Notes under the pieces: generated by a model
Databases searched by the model: none
Told to the model about the DNA's origin: nothing
What the model saw: the letters and a program-made list of their open reading frames with translations, nothing else
Translations under genes and position numbers: made by a program
Shown: positions 25,734 to 36,035 of the stretch, in pieces
Layout: each line of letters begins with the position of its first letter
How positions within the stretch are numbered: the stretch's first letter is position 1
Assembly (NCBI RefSeq): GCF_035594765.1
Contig: NC_085841.1
Coordinates: 83,065,574-83,129,573 of the forward strand
Length of the DNA: 64,000 nt
Direction of reading: 5' to 3'
Origin: Anolis carolinensis
Taxonomy: Eukaryota

Positions 25734-28059
25734 AACTAGCATATTTAAAGATACTTACGTTTTGAATATCCAGGATAGGGCTGAGCTGAGATGTTGCACT
25801 GGGACGTACATGGATAGAACTGTGCCATATTTTGTAGGCTTGGTGAGGAACTGTATGAACTGGTAAAAATTACAGTAAAACCACCCTTTATCCATGGGGA
25901 ATGCATGCCAAGACATACACGCACCATGGATACTTGACATTGTGGATAGTATTTAATTCTATATTTTCAACTCAAAGTTCACTGCTTAATTCAATAAGTT
26001 TAAGTAGTTAATTGCAGTCCAAAAATGTAGAGCCTGGTACAGAGTTTAAGATGACTTGAAAACAATGCTTCCTGTAGCCCCATACACACACAACACACAC
26101 CTACTGCTGATCCGTTCCCAACTTTCTCTCATTGCTCCCTCGGATGCTTGTATATATGTAGGCGGGAGATCCATTTCCAGCTGAAGCATGCCACAAAGTC
26201 ATGCTAGACTGAGAGTTTGCAAAGCCTGTTGAATAAAATATAATGTTTATAGTTTCCAACGAAAGGCCAACAAGAAGAAAGCCAACATGGTTCAATTTGG
26301 AAGAGAACTCCACAGCCTGGGAGTAGCCCCTGAACATCAGGAATGAGCAAGGCCGTTACACATTAAATAATAAGTTGTGTTTGTTTTTTTAAAAGTACCA
26401 AATCATGTTAATTTTTTGAAACGTTATGTTCCAAAAACTGTAACTTTCAAAGCTTCCGACAGGTGAAATTGGAAGAGACAACCACACAATCTTTTTACCA
26501 TACCTTTAAAAAACGTGAGATATTGACATCCGCATTCAATGCTGGGTGGCAATTTCCCCCCATTTATCAACTGACATAACCATAAGCAACATATCAACTC
26601 ATATAAGTGTCAATATCATTAACTACTAACCTCATGCTAAGAAAAATGTAAATACGGATCTCTTGCTTTCATTTACGATCATGGTCGCTTTGTATGTATC
26701 ATTTTTCCCCTCATGGAGCATAAGAAAACTCATATCAGAGATGTCAGAAACTATCTGTCTATAACTTTCATCTTGGGCAGTTGCCCAAGGTAAATCATGC
26801 TAAATTGCAGTAATGATTTTAGCTGGCAGGTGATGGCCTTGATAGTATGAACTAGAGTATATCCAATAATTCAACAGGAAATAGGCAAGACATCATTTAT
26901 ACATGTTCTATGAATTTAGTGAGTCTACTTTTGTCAGGATCCACTGTTGGATTTTATCCAATGTAATTTCTGTTCTGTTACGAGGAGAGTGGCAAGCACT
27001 GATCAGCTTCTTCACATTAGCCAAAGAAGTGATTTTGTGGTGAGCATTGCTTGATGTTAGCTCTTTCTCTGCTTTTCCAACTTCATTTTCCATATAAGTT
27101 CAGAGTAATTTGAGGTCAAAATAGCACGATCATGGAAAGCGGAACAGATGATCTGTTGATACCTAAGATATTACAATTTATGAACATATGAAGAAAGAGG
27201 GGAAGGACTGTAATTGCTTCAGCAATTACAGAAGAGAGTCAAATTTTGAGAAATACTTTATTGAAAGTACTACATTTCTATATAGCAAAGTTAGGGACAG
27301 TCTATCTATCTAGCTCTCTGAAGCAGACATTTCTCTCTCTATACTCACGGAAGAACAAAATGAAGGACTTAGAGGCTTGTCATGTGACTGAAAGGGAAGT
27401 GTCCCTGAGAAGTATCAATTTAACAATCAGGATGGAAGGAGAAGAGAGAGAGAATAGGCAGACAGAGGGCATTAGAGGAAAGGCTTTCCCTGCTAGCTAA
27501 TTCAGCTGTCTGTTTAACTCCTTATTGAGGACTATAAACTTGCACAGGATTTGGCTGAGTTCCAATAAGGACACCTAGGCATGCCCCCTTCCCCCAAAAA
27601 CCATGCTGCATAGGGATGCTGAGATTAGTAGTTTGTCACTGACTGGTGAATTCCCCATGTTTGGAATTCTGCTGTTTAAAGTCCTAAACATATCTTCAAA
27701 ATAGAGCCAGCACCTTGGATAGCTCCTTCAGAACTCTGGCTGAAACCCAGAGCAGATTCGTATGCCAGTGACCTGGGAGGAACCAGCAGGGCATCCGTTT
27801 GGAAAGTCTGACCTATCAATGAATTGTTTGCAAATGGCCCTCCACATTCACTGGCAGTTAGAGGCCCAGGAAACCTGCAAAAGTGGGAAAGCTGCAATTA
27901 AAAACTCACTATTTTTCACATAGTCCAACTTTATGGTCTATTTTCACCAAAAGTTGACAATAGAGTTCAGCTGGAGGACTTAAGAGATTCCAAGATGGAA
28001 CAGATAACATTGTTACATTGCCCTCCATCTCTAATTTTGCCGTCTGACTTATGCACTTT

Positions 28060-28348
28060 ATGTATCAGCCTTAAAATTGATTTTCATCAGTACGTGCATC
28101 CATGCCAAGAAACTGATTGTTATTTCAAGTTCATTGGTTGTTGGTTCAGTGGTTCCCTTATACTCTGTTATAATGTTATTTTATTCTGTTTTATTATATT
28201 GTTTTATGTATTTCAGTGTGTTATTTCAACTATGTTGATTGGGCTCGTCTCCATGTAATCCACCCTGACTCCCTTCAGGGAGATGGAGGGGAGGTACGAA
28301 AATAAAGTTGTTGTTGTTGTTGTTGTTGTTATTACTATTACTATTATT
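28060..28348 (+). mobile_element. L2-type 3' end with (TTG)n/(TTA)n tail
   Basis: Same 3' motif as 11178. Confidence 0.65.
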
Positions 28349-29405
28349 ACATTAATCATATCCATGAATAATCAAATCCACAAAAGTTAAACTCACAAAC
28401 GTGGAGGTTCAGCTGGATTTCTTTAACATTCTCATTTCTCTCCCGCACAAGACACAAGGTGGCTTACAGCCAATGATGTGTGATAGGCAGGGCACCAAGA
28501 AAGAGCAGCCACATCTTTTGCTGTTATAGGGACAAGCAGAAGGAAAGCAAAGGTGTGCAAAAGACAAATATATGGGTAATTGTTAGCTTTTAAAGAAAGG
28601 TTATAGAAAAGTTGTGAGTTTTCATACTCAGCTATGAAATAAAAATGTTCCTGGACATTCCTTCTTTAACAGAAAATGTGGTACCAGAGGCAGAAACAAC
28701 ATGGAAAGAACAGGAATAGGTTTTTATACCACAAAAAGGAAGATCACTCCAATAGATTTAGACAAACTTTTTATCCTAACAGCATGTATTTGTAAAATGA
28801 AACAATCAAGTCAAGCAAGCTTTGCATAAGTAAACAAAAGCATTTTAACCTTCAGAGACTCACTTGAAGGCTTCTTTTAAAAGGCATCCAGGGATTACTT
28901 TATCTTTTTCCACTTTTCTTATTATTTCTTTTTTCGAGGTCAAATTGATAGATCTATACTTAAAACACTTGGAAAAACTGTTGAGGTAGGCTTATGTTTT
29001 TCTGTACTCTCTCTCTTTACAGGCTCAGTAAAGGATTTCAGGGGCAGCTGCTGTTTAACCTGTTGTAAGCAGGCACACAGTAATATCAGCTAAAAGAAAA
29101 CCCCATCCCTTCCCAGTTCGTTTTATTGTGTTGTTCACTACAGACATGCTGCTTCAACCTAACACCAAACTCCTGTGTTTCTCCAACTCCCCTCCATTCT
29201 CCCAGTGCCAATGATTCTAAACAAAACCTCCAGGTAGATGGAGGATAAGAAGGAAAGGGGAACTGAGTGTGATTTAAAAGATTTAACTTCACTGTCAGAG
29301 GCTTTGTTAACAGAGCAGTGCTTGTATTCTATTCTCTGGTTTTTGAGAACCCGCAGGAAGATTTCTTTCAGCTTTAAGACTTCTTAGAGCAAACTGAGAG
29401 AGACT

Positions 29406-29984
29406 GGGTTGCTGTGAGTTTTCCGGGCTGTATGGCCATGTTCCAGAAACATTCTCTCCTGATGTTTCACCCACATCTATGGCAGGCATCCTCAGAGGTT
29501 GTGAGGTCCGTTGGAAACTAGGCAAGTTGGGTTTATATATCTGTGGAAGGTCCAGGGTAGGAGAAAGAACTCTTGTCTGTTTGAGGCAAGTGTGAATGTT
29601 GTAATTGGGCACCTTGATTAGCATTTAGTAGCTTTGCAGCTTCAAAGCCTGACTGCTTCCTGCCTGGAGGAATCCTTTGTTGGGAGGTGTTAGCTGGCCC
29701 TGATTGTTTCCTGTCTGGAATTCCCATGTTTTCAGAGTGTTGTTCTTTGTTTACTGTCCTGATTTTAGAGTTTGTTTAATACTGGTAGCCAGATTTTGTT
29801 CATTTTCATGGTTTTCATGGTTTGTGGATTTCAATGGCTTCTCTATGTAGTCTGACATAGTGGTGATTAGAGTGGACCAGCATTTCTGTGTTCTCCAAAA
29901 ATATGCTGTGTTCAGTTTGGTTCATCAAGTGCTCTGCTATGGCTGATTTTTCCAGTTAAGTTAGTCTTCAGTGCCTTTCATGCT
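29406..29984 (-). mobile_element. Penelope-like element 3' part (GIY-YIG end, pLTR, hammerhead motif)
   Basis: Minus strand encodes EKSAIAEHLMNQ...LHREAIEIHK; hammerhead core at 29458-29498. Confidence 0.88.
29458..29498 (-). ncRNA. Minimal type I hammerhead ribozyme motif (Penelope-associated), stem III mutated
   Basis: CCT-CTGAGGA-T-GCCTGC-loop-GTGGGT-GAAA-CATC-AGG. Confidence 0.6.
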
Positions 29985-30080
29985 TAAGCGGCTGAAGGGG
30001 GGAAAGGAAAGAGCCTGCGGCCAGGAATGGTGGGAGTTGAAGTCCAAAACACCCGGAGGGCCCAAGTTTGCCCATGCCTG
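29985..30080 (+). mobile_element. hAT MITE right end (URR1-like)
   Basis: GGGAGTTGAAGTCCAAAACACCCGGAGGGCCCAAGTTTGCCCATGCCTG. Confidence 0.6.
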
Positions 30081-30257
30081 ATCTACACTGTAGAATTAAT
30101 GTAGTGTGACACACACCACTTCAAGTGCCATGGCTCAGTGCTATGGAATCCTGGATGTTATAGTTTTACATGGTCTTTAGCCTTCTCTGCCAGAGTGTCA
30201 GCTCCTCACCAAACTACACCTCCCAGGATTCCATTGGAGGGGAGCCATGGCAATTAA

Positions 30258-31185
30258 ATTTGCACAGCACTTTGCGAATAAAGTCACTCGGATCCGTTCA
30301 AAGCTGGATTCCAGTTTAAATACAGTAACATTGGATTTGACTTAGGCACCGACTTGTCCTGTTTTAATTCTTTTCAACTTGTTCAATCCGAGGACGTGGA
30401 CAGGATCCTCAGAGGAGTGAGAGCTACCACGTGTATCCTAGACCCTTGCCCTTCATGGCTGATAAAACTTGCCAAAGGGAGACTGGCCGAGTGGGTCAAA
30501 ATGGTGGTTAACACCTCATTGGCCCAAGGTGTAATCCCAAGTAGCCTAAAAGAGGCCATAGTAAGGCCCATTTTTAAAAAGCCCTCGCTTGATCACTCAG
30601 ACATGAAAAACTTCAGGCTAGTGTCAAATCTTCCCTTCCTGGGCAAGGTTCTGGAACGTGTGGTGGCCTCACAACATGGATTATCTTGATCCATCGCAGC
30701 CTGGTTTCAGGCTTGGCTATGGGACTGAGACAGCATTGGTTGTCTTGGTAGATGGTCTACGTAGAGAGCTAGATAGGGGGAGTGTATCCCTTCTGGTTCT
30801 CTTAGACTTCTCTTAGACAAGGCACGATTGGCCCCCTCCTTACTGGCCTTTTGTTCACAAATTAAAACCTTTCTGTGGAGCCAGGCCTTCCCAGATGGAT
30901 AATAGGCACTGCCAGTCTAATAAATATTTTGATAATAGTTGACAAATAACTTCAGTGAGCGGAGGTTATGGATAACTTTAAATGGTGCTTGCTATAAGTT
31001 TTTACAATGTTTTATTTGATATGTTAATTGGGTTTTTATATGGGGATATGATGTTTTAACTGATTATGAACTGCGGTCGGGTGTACTTGTATGAATTTTA
31101 TATGTTGTATGCCGCTTTGAATCCCACCCACGGGAGAATAGTAGGATAGAAATGAATTAATAGTAATAATAATTATAATTATAAT
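30258..31185 (+). mobile_element. L2 LINE fragment with a large internal deletion
   Basis: LDPCPSWL, NFRLVSNLPFLGKVLERVV, LLVLLDFS, then a jump to the ORF end and 3' tail. Confidence 0.85.
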
Positions 31186-31229
31186 TAAAAGTAGTGCCAG
31201 AGTGCCTTAATTCCAGAGTGCAGAAGCCC

Positions 31230-32060
31230 TGGGTGTCCTCTTCGCGCGAGAGGAGGGGAGGGGCGCGCCTGGCAGCTCCCGGGGAGGCGCCTTTCCTGCT
31301 TCCTCCTTGCCTTCTCAGTTGCATTGACCCTTTCAGCGCCCCGGCAAGAGGGCGGCCGACAAAACCCAGGCGGGGAGGCGATTCAGTGACTGAGCAGTTG
31401 CCGCCCTGCCTTTTCTCCCCCTCTCTTTGCACCCCTCGCAGCCTGCCCCGGGGTTGGACCGTGCGCTTGGCGCCTTCCAGAAAGGCCCGGCCTCCTCCTC
31501 CTCCTCCGCTGCAGAAAGAGAGAGGCCGGCTGCTCTGCTGCCTTTGCCTTTGCCCTCCCCAGGCCCAGCAAGGGCAAATGTCCACACGGCACACGCACGC
31601 ACTGGGCGGGGGGGGGGGGCTGTTTATTACAAGGGGGAAGGGAAAGCGAGGATCTTTGGAGCGAGGCTGGCGGAGTTTGTTTGCCTAGCAAAGAGACGCC
31701 TCTTTTCGAGTGCCAAAGCTTGCCCGGAGAGGTGAGCGCAAACTCTCCACGCCACCCCGAAAGCGTGGCTTGGATCAGTGAGCGGCGCCTGACAGGGACT
31801 GGATCTCCACTGCCCTGTGAACCTGTACGCAGAGCAAGTGGCCGTATATAGCATAGGTGCAGGCTTTCTTGGGTGCCTAGAAACGCCTCCGGGGACGGGA
31901 ACAGGCGGGTGCTTGGTGCGCCTTGGCGCTCTCCCTCCGAGGCTCTCCATTGCCATTGTGCAGCAGGAGGAGGAGGGGGCCAGGAAAACACACCCCGGAA
32001 TTACTTCAGGCTGTGTTACAGCCAGCTTCTCTCCCTCTTTCCTCCGAGGGGGAACTTGGC
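31230..32060. promoter_or_regulatory. Upstream CpG-island segment (distal or alternative CITED2 promoter)
   Basis: GC/CpG-rich non-repeat sequence with GC boxes and a GAG|GTGAGC donor at 31731/31732. Confidence 0.6.
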
Positions 32061-32207
32061 GACCATCTGGTGTGTTAGGTTGTGTGTGTTTCATACACAA
32101 AGAGAAATGGTGGCAATCCCTACATAAGGAGGGGGAGTGCAAAGGTACCCCAAAACAAAGTTGCTGTGAGTTTTCCGAACTGTGGCCATGTCTCAGAAGC
32201 ATTCTCT

Positions 32208-32248
32208 GCTGACGTTTCGCCCACATCAATGGCAGGCATCCTCAGAGG
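32208..32248 (-). ncRNA. Minimal type I hammerhead ribozyme motif (Penelope-associated)
   Basis: CCT-CTGAGGA-T-GCCTGC-loop-GTGGGC-GAAA-CGTC-AGC on the minus strand. Confidence 0.7.
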
Positions 32249-32325
32249 TTGTGAGGTCTGTTGGCAACTAGGCAAGTGGGGTTTATATATCTGTGGAAAG
32301 TCCAGAGTGGGAGAAAGAACTATTT

Positions 32326-32451
32326 GGGCCCTTCCACACAGCCCTATATCCCATAATATCCGCTTTGAACTGTGTTATCTAAGTCCACACTCGGATAATG
32401 TGGGATTTTCTGCCTTGATATTCTGGGACATAGGGCTGTGTGGAAGGGCCC
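32326..32451. mobile_element. Palindromic MITE (PIF/Harbinger-like) nested in Penelope; partial copy at 16873-16945
   Basis: 28-bp TIR GGGCCCTTCCACACAGCCCTATATCCCA. Confidence 0.85.
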
Positions 32452-32597
32452 TCTGTCTGTTGGAGGCAAGTGTGAATGTTGCAGCTGGCCAGCTTGGTTA
32501 GTATTGAATAGCCTTGCAGCTTCAAAGCCTGTCTTCTTCCTGCCTGGGTGCTGCTTCCTGCCCTGAAACTCTTCCAAACCTTGGTTTGTTTGTTTTC

Positions 32598-32701
32598 CTC
32601 AGGGGCCACTTGAGAAACTGCAAGTCGCTTCTGGTGTGAGAGAATTGGCCGTCTGCAAGGACGTTACCCAGGGGGACGCCTGGATGTTTGATGTTTTGAC
32701 C
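32598..32701 (-). mobile_element. 3' fragment of the 7124-type SINE (or its partner LINE) in the CITED2 promoter
   Basis: Reverse complement of 7290-7380. Confidence 0.8.
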
Positions 32702-33045
32702 AAACCCTGGCGAATTACTTACAAAGCTTGGCGCGCCGGTCAGGGCTTTCTCCTATTGCATGTTGTGAAGGTGACTGTGGATTGTGGGACCTTGGGTGTC
32801 AGGGAGGGGGGGAAGGAAGGAAGGAAAGCCCCTTGTGCTGCTCCCCCCCCCTCTCTCTGTCCCGGGCCAAACCCCGGGGGCCAAACCCGCGCGCGACGGA
32901 CCCCGCTCCCTGGCAGGCGCTTTCTTGCTTGGTGGCCTTCCCGTTCCGCCGGGGCTGGCTCCAGGTTTTGCTTCTGCTTCGCCTGTTCGGGCTTTCGCTC
33001 CTCCCTTTGGAAAGCCTATATCAGCCGCGGCCAAAGCAGGGGAAG
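32700..33045 (+). promoter_or_regulatory. CITED2 proximal promoter / CpG island
   Basis: High GC and CpG density, TATA-like element at 33016-33021. Confidence 0.7.
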
Positions 33046-33321
33046 GAACACAGCGCATTGTTGGCGAGGAGAGGAAAGCTACGGCTGGGAATCGGGCTGC
33101 GCGGCGGCAGCAGCAGCAGCAGCAGCAACAACAACAGCAGGAGCTGCAGTTGGAATTGCAATCTTTTATTATATTTTTTTGCATCGTTCTAGCCCGTGCA
33201 AGGAAGAGGCGAAGGAGAAGAGTTTGCTCTATGCTGGGAGAGCTTTGTTGACTGGGTTTTGTCTCCCTCCCCTTCCCCTGCGGGATCGGCTCGGAGCAAA
33301 AGAAGAAAGAGAGGGCGCGAG
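33045..33321 (+). other. CITED2: CITED2 non-coding exon 1 (5' UTR); start approximate
   Basis: Strong donor GAG|GTGAGT at 33321/33322, TATA-like CTATAT at 33016-33021, CpG-island context. Matches the known two-exon layout of CITED2. Confidence 0.75.
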
Positions 33322-34004
33322 GTGAGTGCGTTTGCCTGGCGAGAGAGGGAGAGGAGGAGGAAGACGAAGGGGAAGGTGTCCTTTTCCCGGCCGGAGAGGG
33401 AAAAGGACACATTGGAGGGTGAGGGGCTGGGGGTCGGCAGAGGGTTTCCAGCCAGACCTCCTTAATCCACTTAGGCGCCTCTCCCAAGCAATCCTTGCTA
33501 ATTCCCAAAGTTGTTGACAAGGGGAGAAGAGAGAAGGTCGGGCAGGCTGGAGGCATCTGCCCTTCCTTCTTATGCAAGGTTGTGTTATGACATCCTTCAG
33601 ATAATGTATTTTGAATGGATCCGCCTCGCCAACGCCAAGGGGGGGGGGGGGTTACAGTTGCCCATTTGGGCTGAGAGAGAAAGGGGTGTGTAGGGTGGAC
33701 GGGGGGGGGCGGATTGCATGGTGGGTTTGGTTTGGTTCTTGGGGGGGGGGGTGTATGCAGGAGCTGGGCTGGAGCTTTCCTTCCCTTTTACCTTGCACAA
33801 CCTAAAGAAAGAAAGCCCCAACCTGGCTTATCCGTGTCCGAAACATCTCCATGGAAAGGAAAGGCATTTTTCCGGGTGGGTGTGGGTGGCGTGCTGGCAG
33901 GGCTGTTTCAGATGGCCTCCTCCAGAGAGACTGAGGCGCTGGTGGTCAAACTGTTTATCTCTTCTCTCTTTCTCTCCTCTCTCTGTAAACATTAACTTTG
34001 AAAG
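33322..34004 (+). other. CITED2: CITED2 intron 1 (GT-AG, 683 bp)
   Basis: GTGAGT donor; long pyrimidine tract 33956-33985, TTAAC branch-like motif, TTTGAAAG acceptor. Confidence 0.85.
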
Positions 34005-34011
34005 GCTGGCA

Positions 34012-34731
34012 ATGGCAGACCACATGATGGCCATGAATCATGGGCGCTTCCCCGACGGGACCAATGGGATGCATCACCACCCGGCGCATCGAATGGGCAT
34101 GGGCCAGTTCCCGACCCACCACCATCAGCAGCAGCAGCAGCATGCCTTCAGTGCCTTGATGAGCGACCACATACACTACGGCGGTGGGAATATGAGTGCA
34201 AACGCGGGGATCCGGCAGCACGCCATGGGGCCTGGGAATGTCAGTGGTGGGCATCCGCCGGGCCCTATGCCCCCCACGGCGAGGTTTAGCAATTCTCAGT
34301 TCATGGCTCCGACGGTGGCTCCCCAAGCTGGGCCCTTGACGGCCAGCATGCAGTTGCAAAAGCTCAACAATCAGTACTTCAGCCACCACCCCTACCCTCA
34401 CAACCACTACATGCCGGACATGCACCCTGCCAGCCATCAGCTTAATGGAGCTAACCAGCATTTTAGGGACTGCAACCCGAAGCACAGCAACACCAGCGGC
34501 AGCACCAGCAGTGGCGCTGTGCCCACCTCGGTGCCCCACGTCCCTGCAGCAATGCTGCCGCCCAATGTCATAGACACTGACTTCATAGACGAGGAAGTCC
34601 TTATGTCTTTAGTGGTGGAAATGGGCTTGGATCGTATCAAGGAGCTGCCTGAGCTCTGGTTGGGACAGAATGAGTTTGATTTCATGACAGACTTTGTTTG
34701 CAAACAGCAATCCAGCCGAGTGAGCTGCTGA
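34012..34731 (+). CDS. CITED2: CBP/p300-interacting transactivator 2 (CITED2), 239 aa, single coding exon
   Basis: Starts [16 protein letters not shown]. Contains the [12 protein letters not shown] block and the C-terminal CR2 transactivation domain [55 protein letters not shown]. The ATG lies 7 nt after a polypyrimidine/AG acceptor (34003-34004). Confidence 0.97.
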   Translation: MADHMMAMNHGRFPDGTNGMHHHPAHRMGMGQFPTHHHQQQQQHAFSALMSDHIHYGGGNMSANAGIRQHAMGPGNVSGGHPPGPMPPTARFSNSQFMAPTVAPQAGPLTASMQLQKLNNQYFSHHPYPHNHYMPDMHPASHQLNGANQHFRDCNPKHSNTSGSTSSGAVPTSVPHVPAAMLPPNVIDTDFIDEEVLMSLVVEMGLDRIKELPELWLGQNEFDFMTDFVCKQQSSRVSC

Positions 34732-36035
34732 CTTCTCGTGGAAACAGCAGAACACAGAAAGAAGGACTTTTTTAATCTGTATGAATGAAAACATTCCCTC
34801 TCGAACACAGTATTTCAAAGGCTGTTAGGAGCTTGACTACCTGGGAAGCAGAGTAAATGACAAACGTGTATAATTTCCCCCCTTTTTAATTTGCTGCCAC
34901 ATTTTTTAAAAACTCCCATTTCTTCCCTCCCTTCCCTAGGAATAATTTAAACTGATTGAGTCTTTAGCATTTCCCTTTTTTCTCCTTTCTGTGGTCCGTT
35001 TTCTTCTTCTCTGGTAACTTACCAATGGTTTCAATTATTAGATATATTGGCAAAATGCTTAAATCTTGTGGATTTTCTGTAGGCTATCATTTCAGAGGAT
35101 TAGAACTACAGTCAAATTCCGACAAAAATGCTACATTAGTTGGTTGCATGAACTTCAGGGTAGATTCCTGCACAAATACTGCCCTCTTGCTTTGTTTTTA
35201 ACTATGCATTGCCGTGATGCTAATTTTTTGAGTCTGCTAACCTGGAAGCTTAACAAATGTGGGCCAAACCCTTCCTGATTAGGAAAAAAATAATAGTTAC
35301 TTAAACTCTGCTGTTCTTGGAAATCCCCCCACCCCCATCTGTACAGACAATATAGTGTGATTCAAATGGTCTCTTAATTGTTGGGAAAATACTTCACTGG
35401 TTCTTATTTTCTTTTAATTCTGGTCCTTTCTTCATCATATTTTTCTTCTGGCATTGTGCTTACGTACCTTTTTAGCATATGGGGGAGAAATTACTGTGTT
35501 GAAAGCTTTTTAGAAATTTGACAGTATTTTTGTACAATTTTTTTAGGAGATACTTGTTAATTTATTTTTATTTTTATTTGCCAAGATCAATAAAAAGTTA
35601 AGAAATTTTTATTTCCCCACCCACCCCCCTAGATCTCAACTACCTGGATTATTTTCTGGTCTCTCCCCCCCCCCCCCCACCCACTAACCCACCCGCCCCA
35701 ACTTCCACACACATGTTTTAATCCATATAACCCATTTAACTTGTTGAACTGTTGGGTTGTGTGAAACTTTCTGAAGGAAAATCTACTTGGCACCATTGTT
35801 TGCTCTATGTCACAATCAGTGCAGAAGGTAAAAAGGATTTAAGCCTAATTATGACATCCAGTCTCATAAGTAACATTGTAACATGCCTGTGTGATTTTAT
35901 CAAAAAGTGGAGAATTGCCAAGAGGCAACAACTTTGTGATTTGCCAACTTACTTGCTTTTAAATGTAGTTGTCCAGAATTATGATGCATAAAGTATTTAT
36001 TCTATTTATCTATTAAACTTTAATTTTATAAATAC
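34732..36035 (+). other. CITED2: CITED2 3' UTR with candidate poly(A) signals AATAAA 35589-35594 and ATTAAA 36012-36017
   Basis: AU-rich, repeat-free sequence after the stop codon; both hexamers seen directly; end approximate. Confidence 0.65.

Larger units (their letters stand above)
32160..32562 (-). mobile_element. Penelope-like pLTR fragment interrupted by a MITE
   Basis: Homologous to 29408-29670. Confidence 0.88.

Noticed and set aside
31157-33577. Many overlapping 100-270 aa ORFs on both strands, including a poly-Q ORF (32784-33251)
   Set aside because: Expected from stop-poor CpG-island and triplet-repeat sequence; several run through transposon fragments and have no domain signal
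33718-34011. 98-codon N-terminal extension of CITED2 in the ORF track (337 aa)
   Set aside because: It lies in intron 1 and crosses the polypyrimidine tract and acceptor; the conserved protein begins at MADH (34012)
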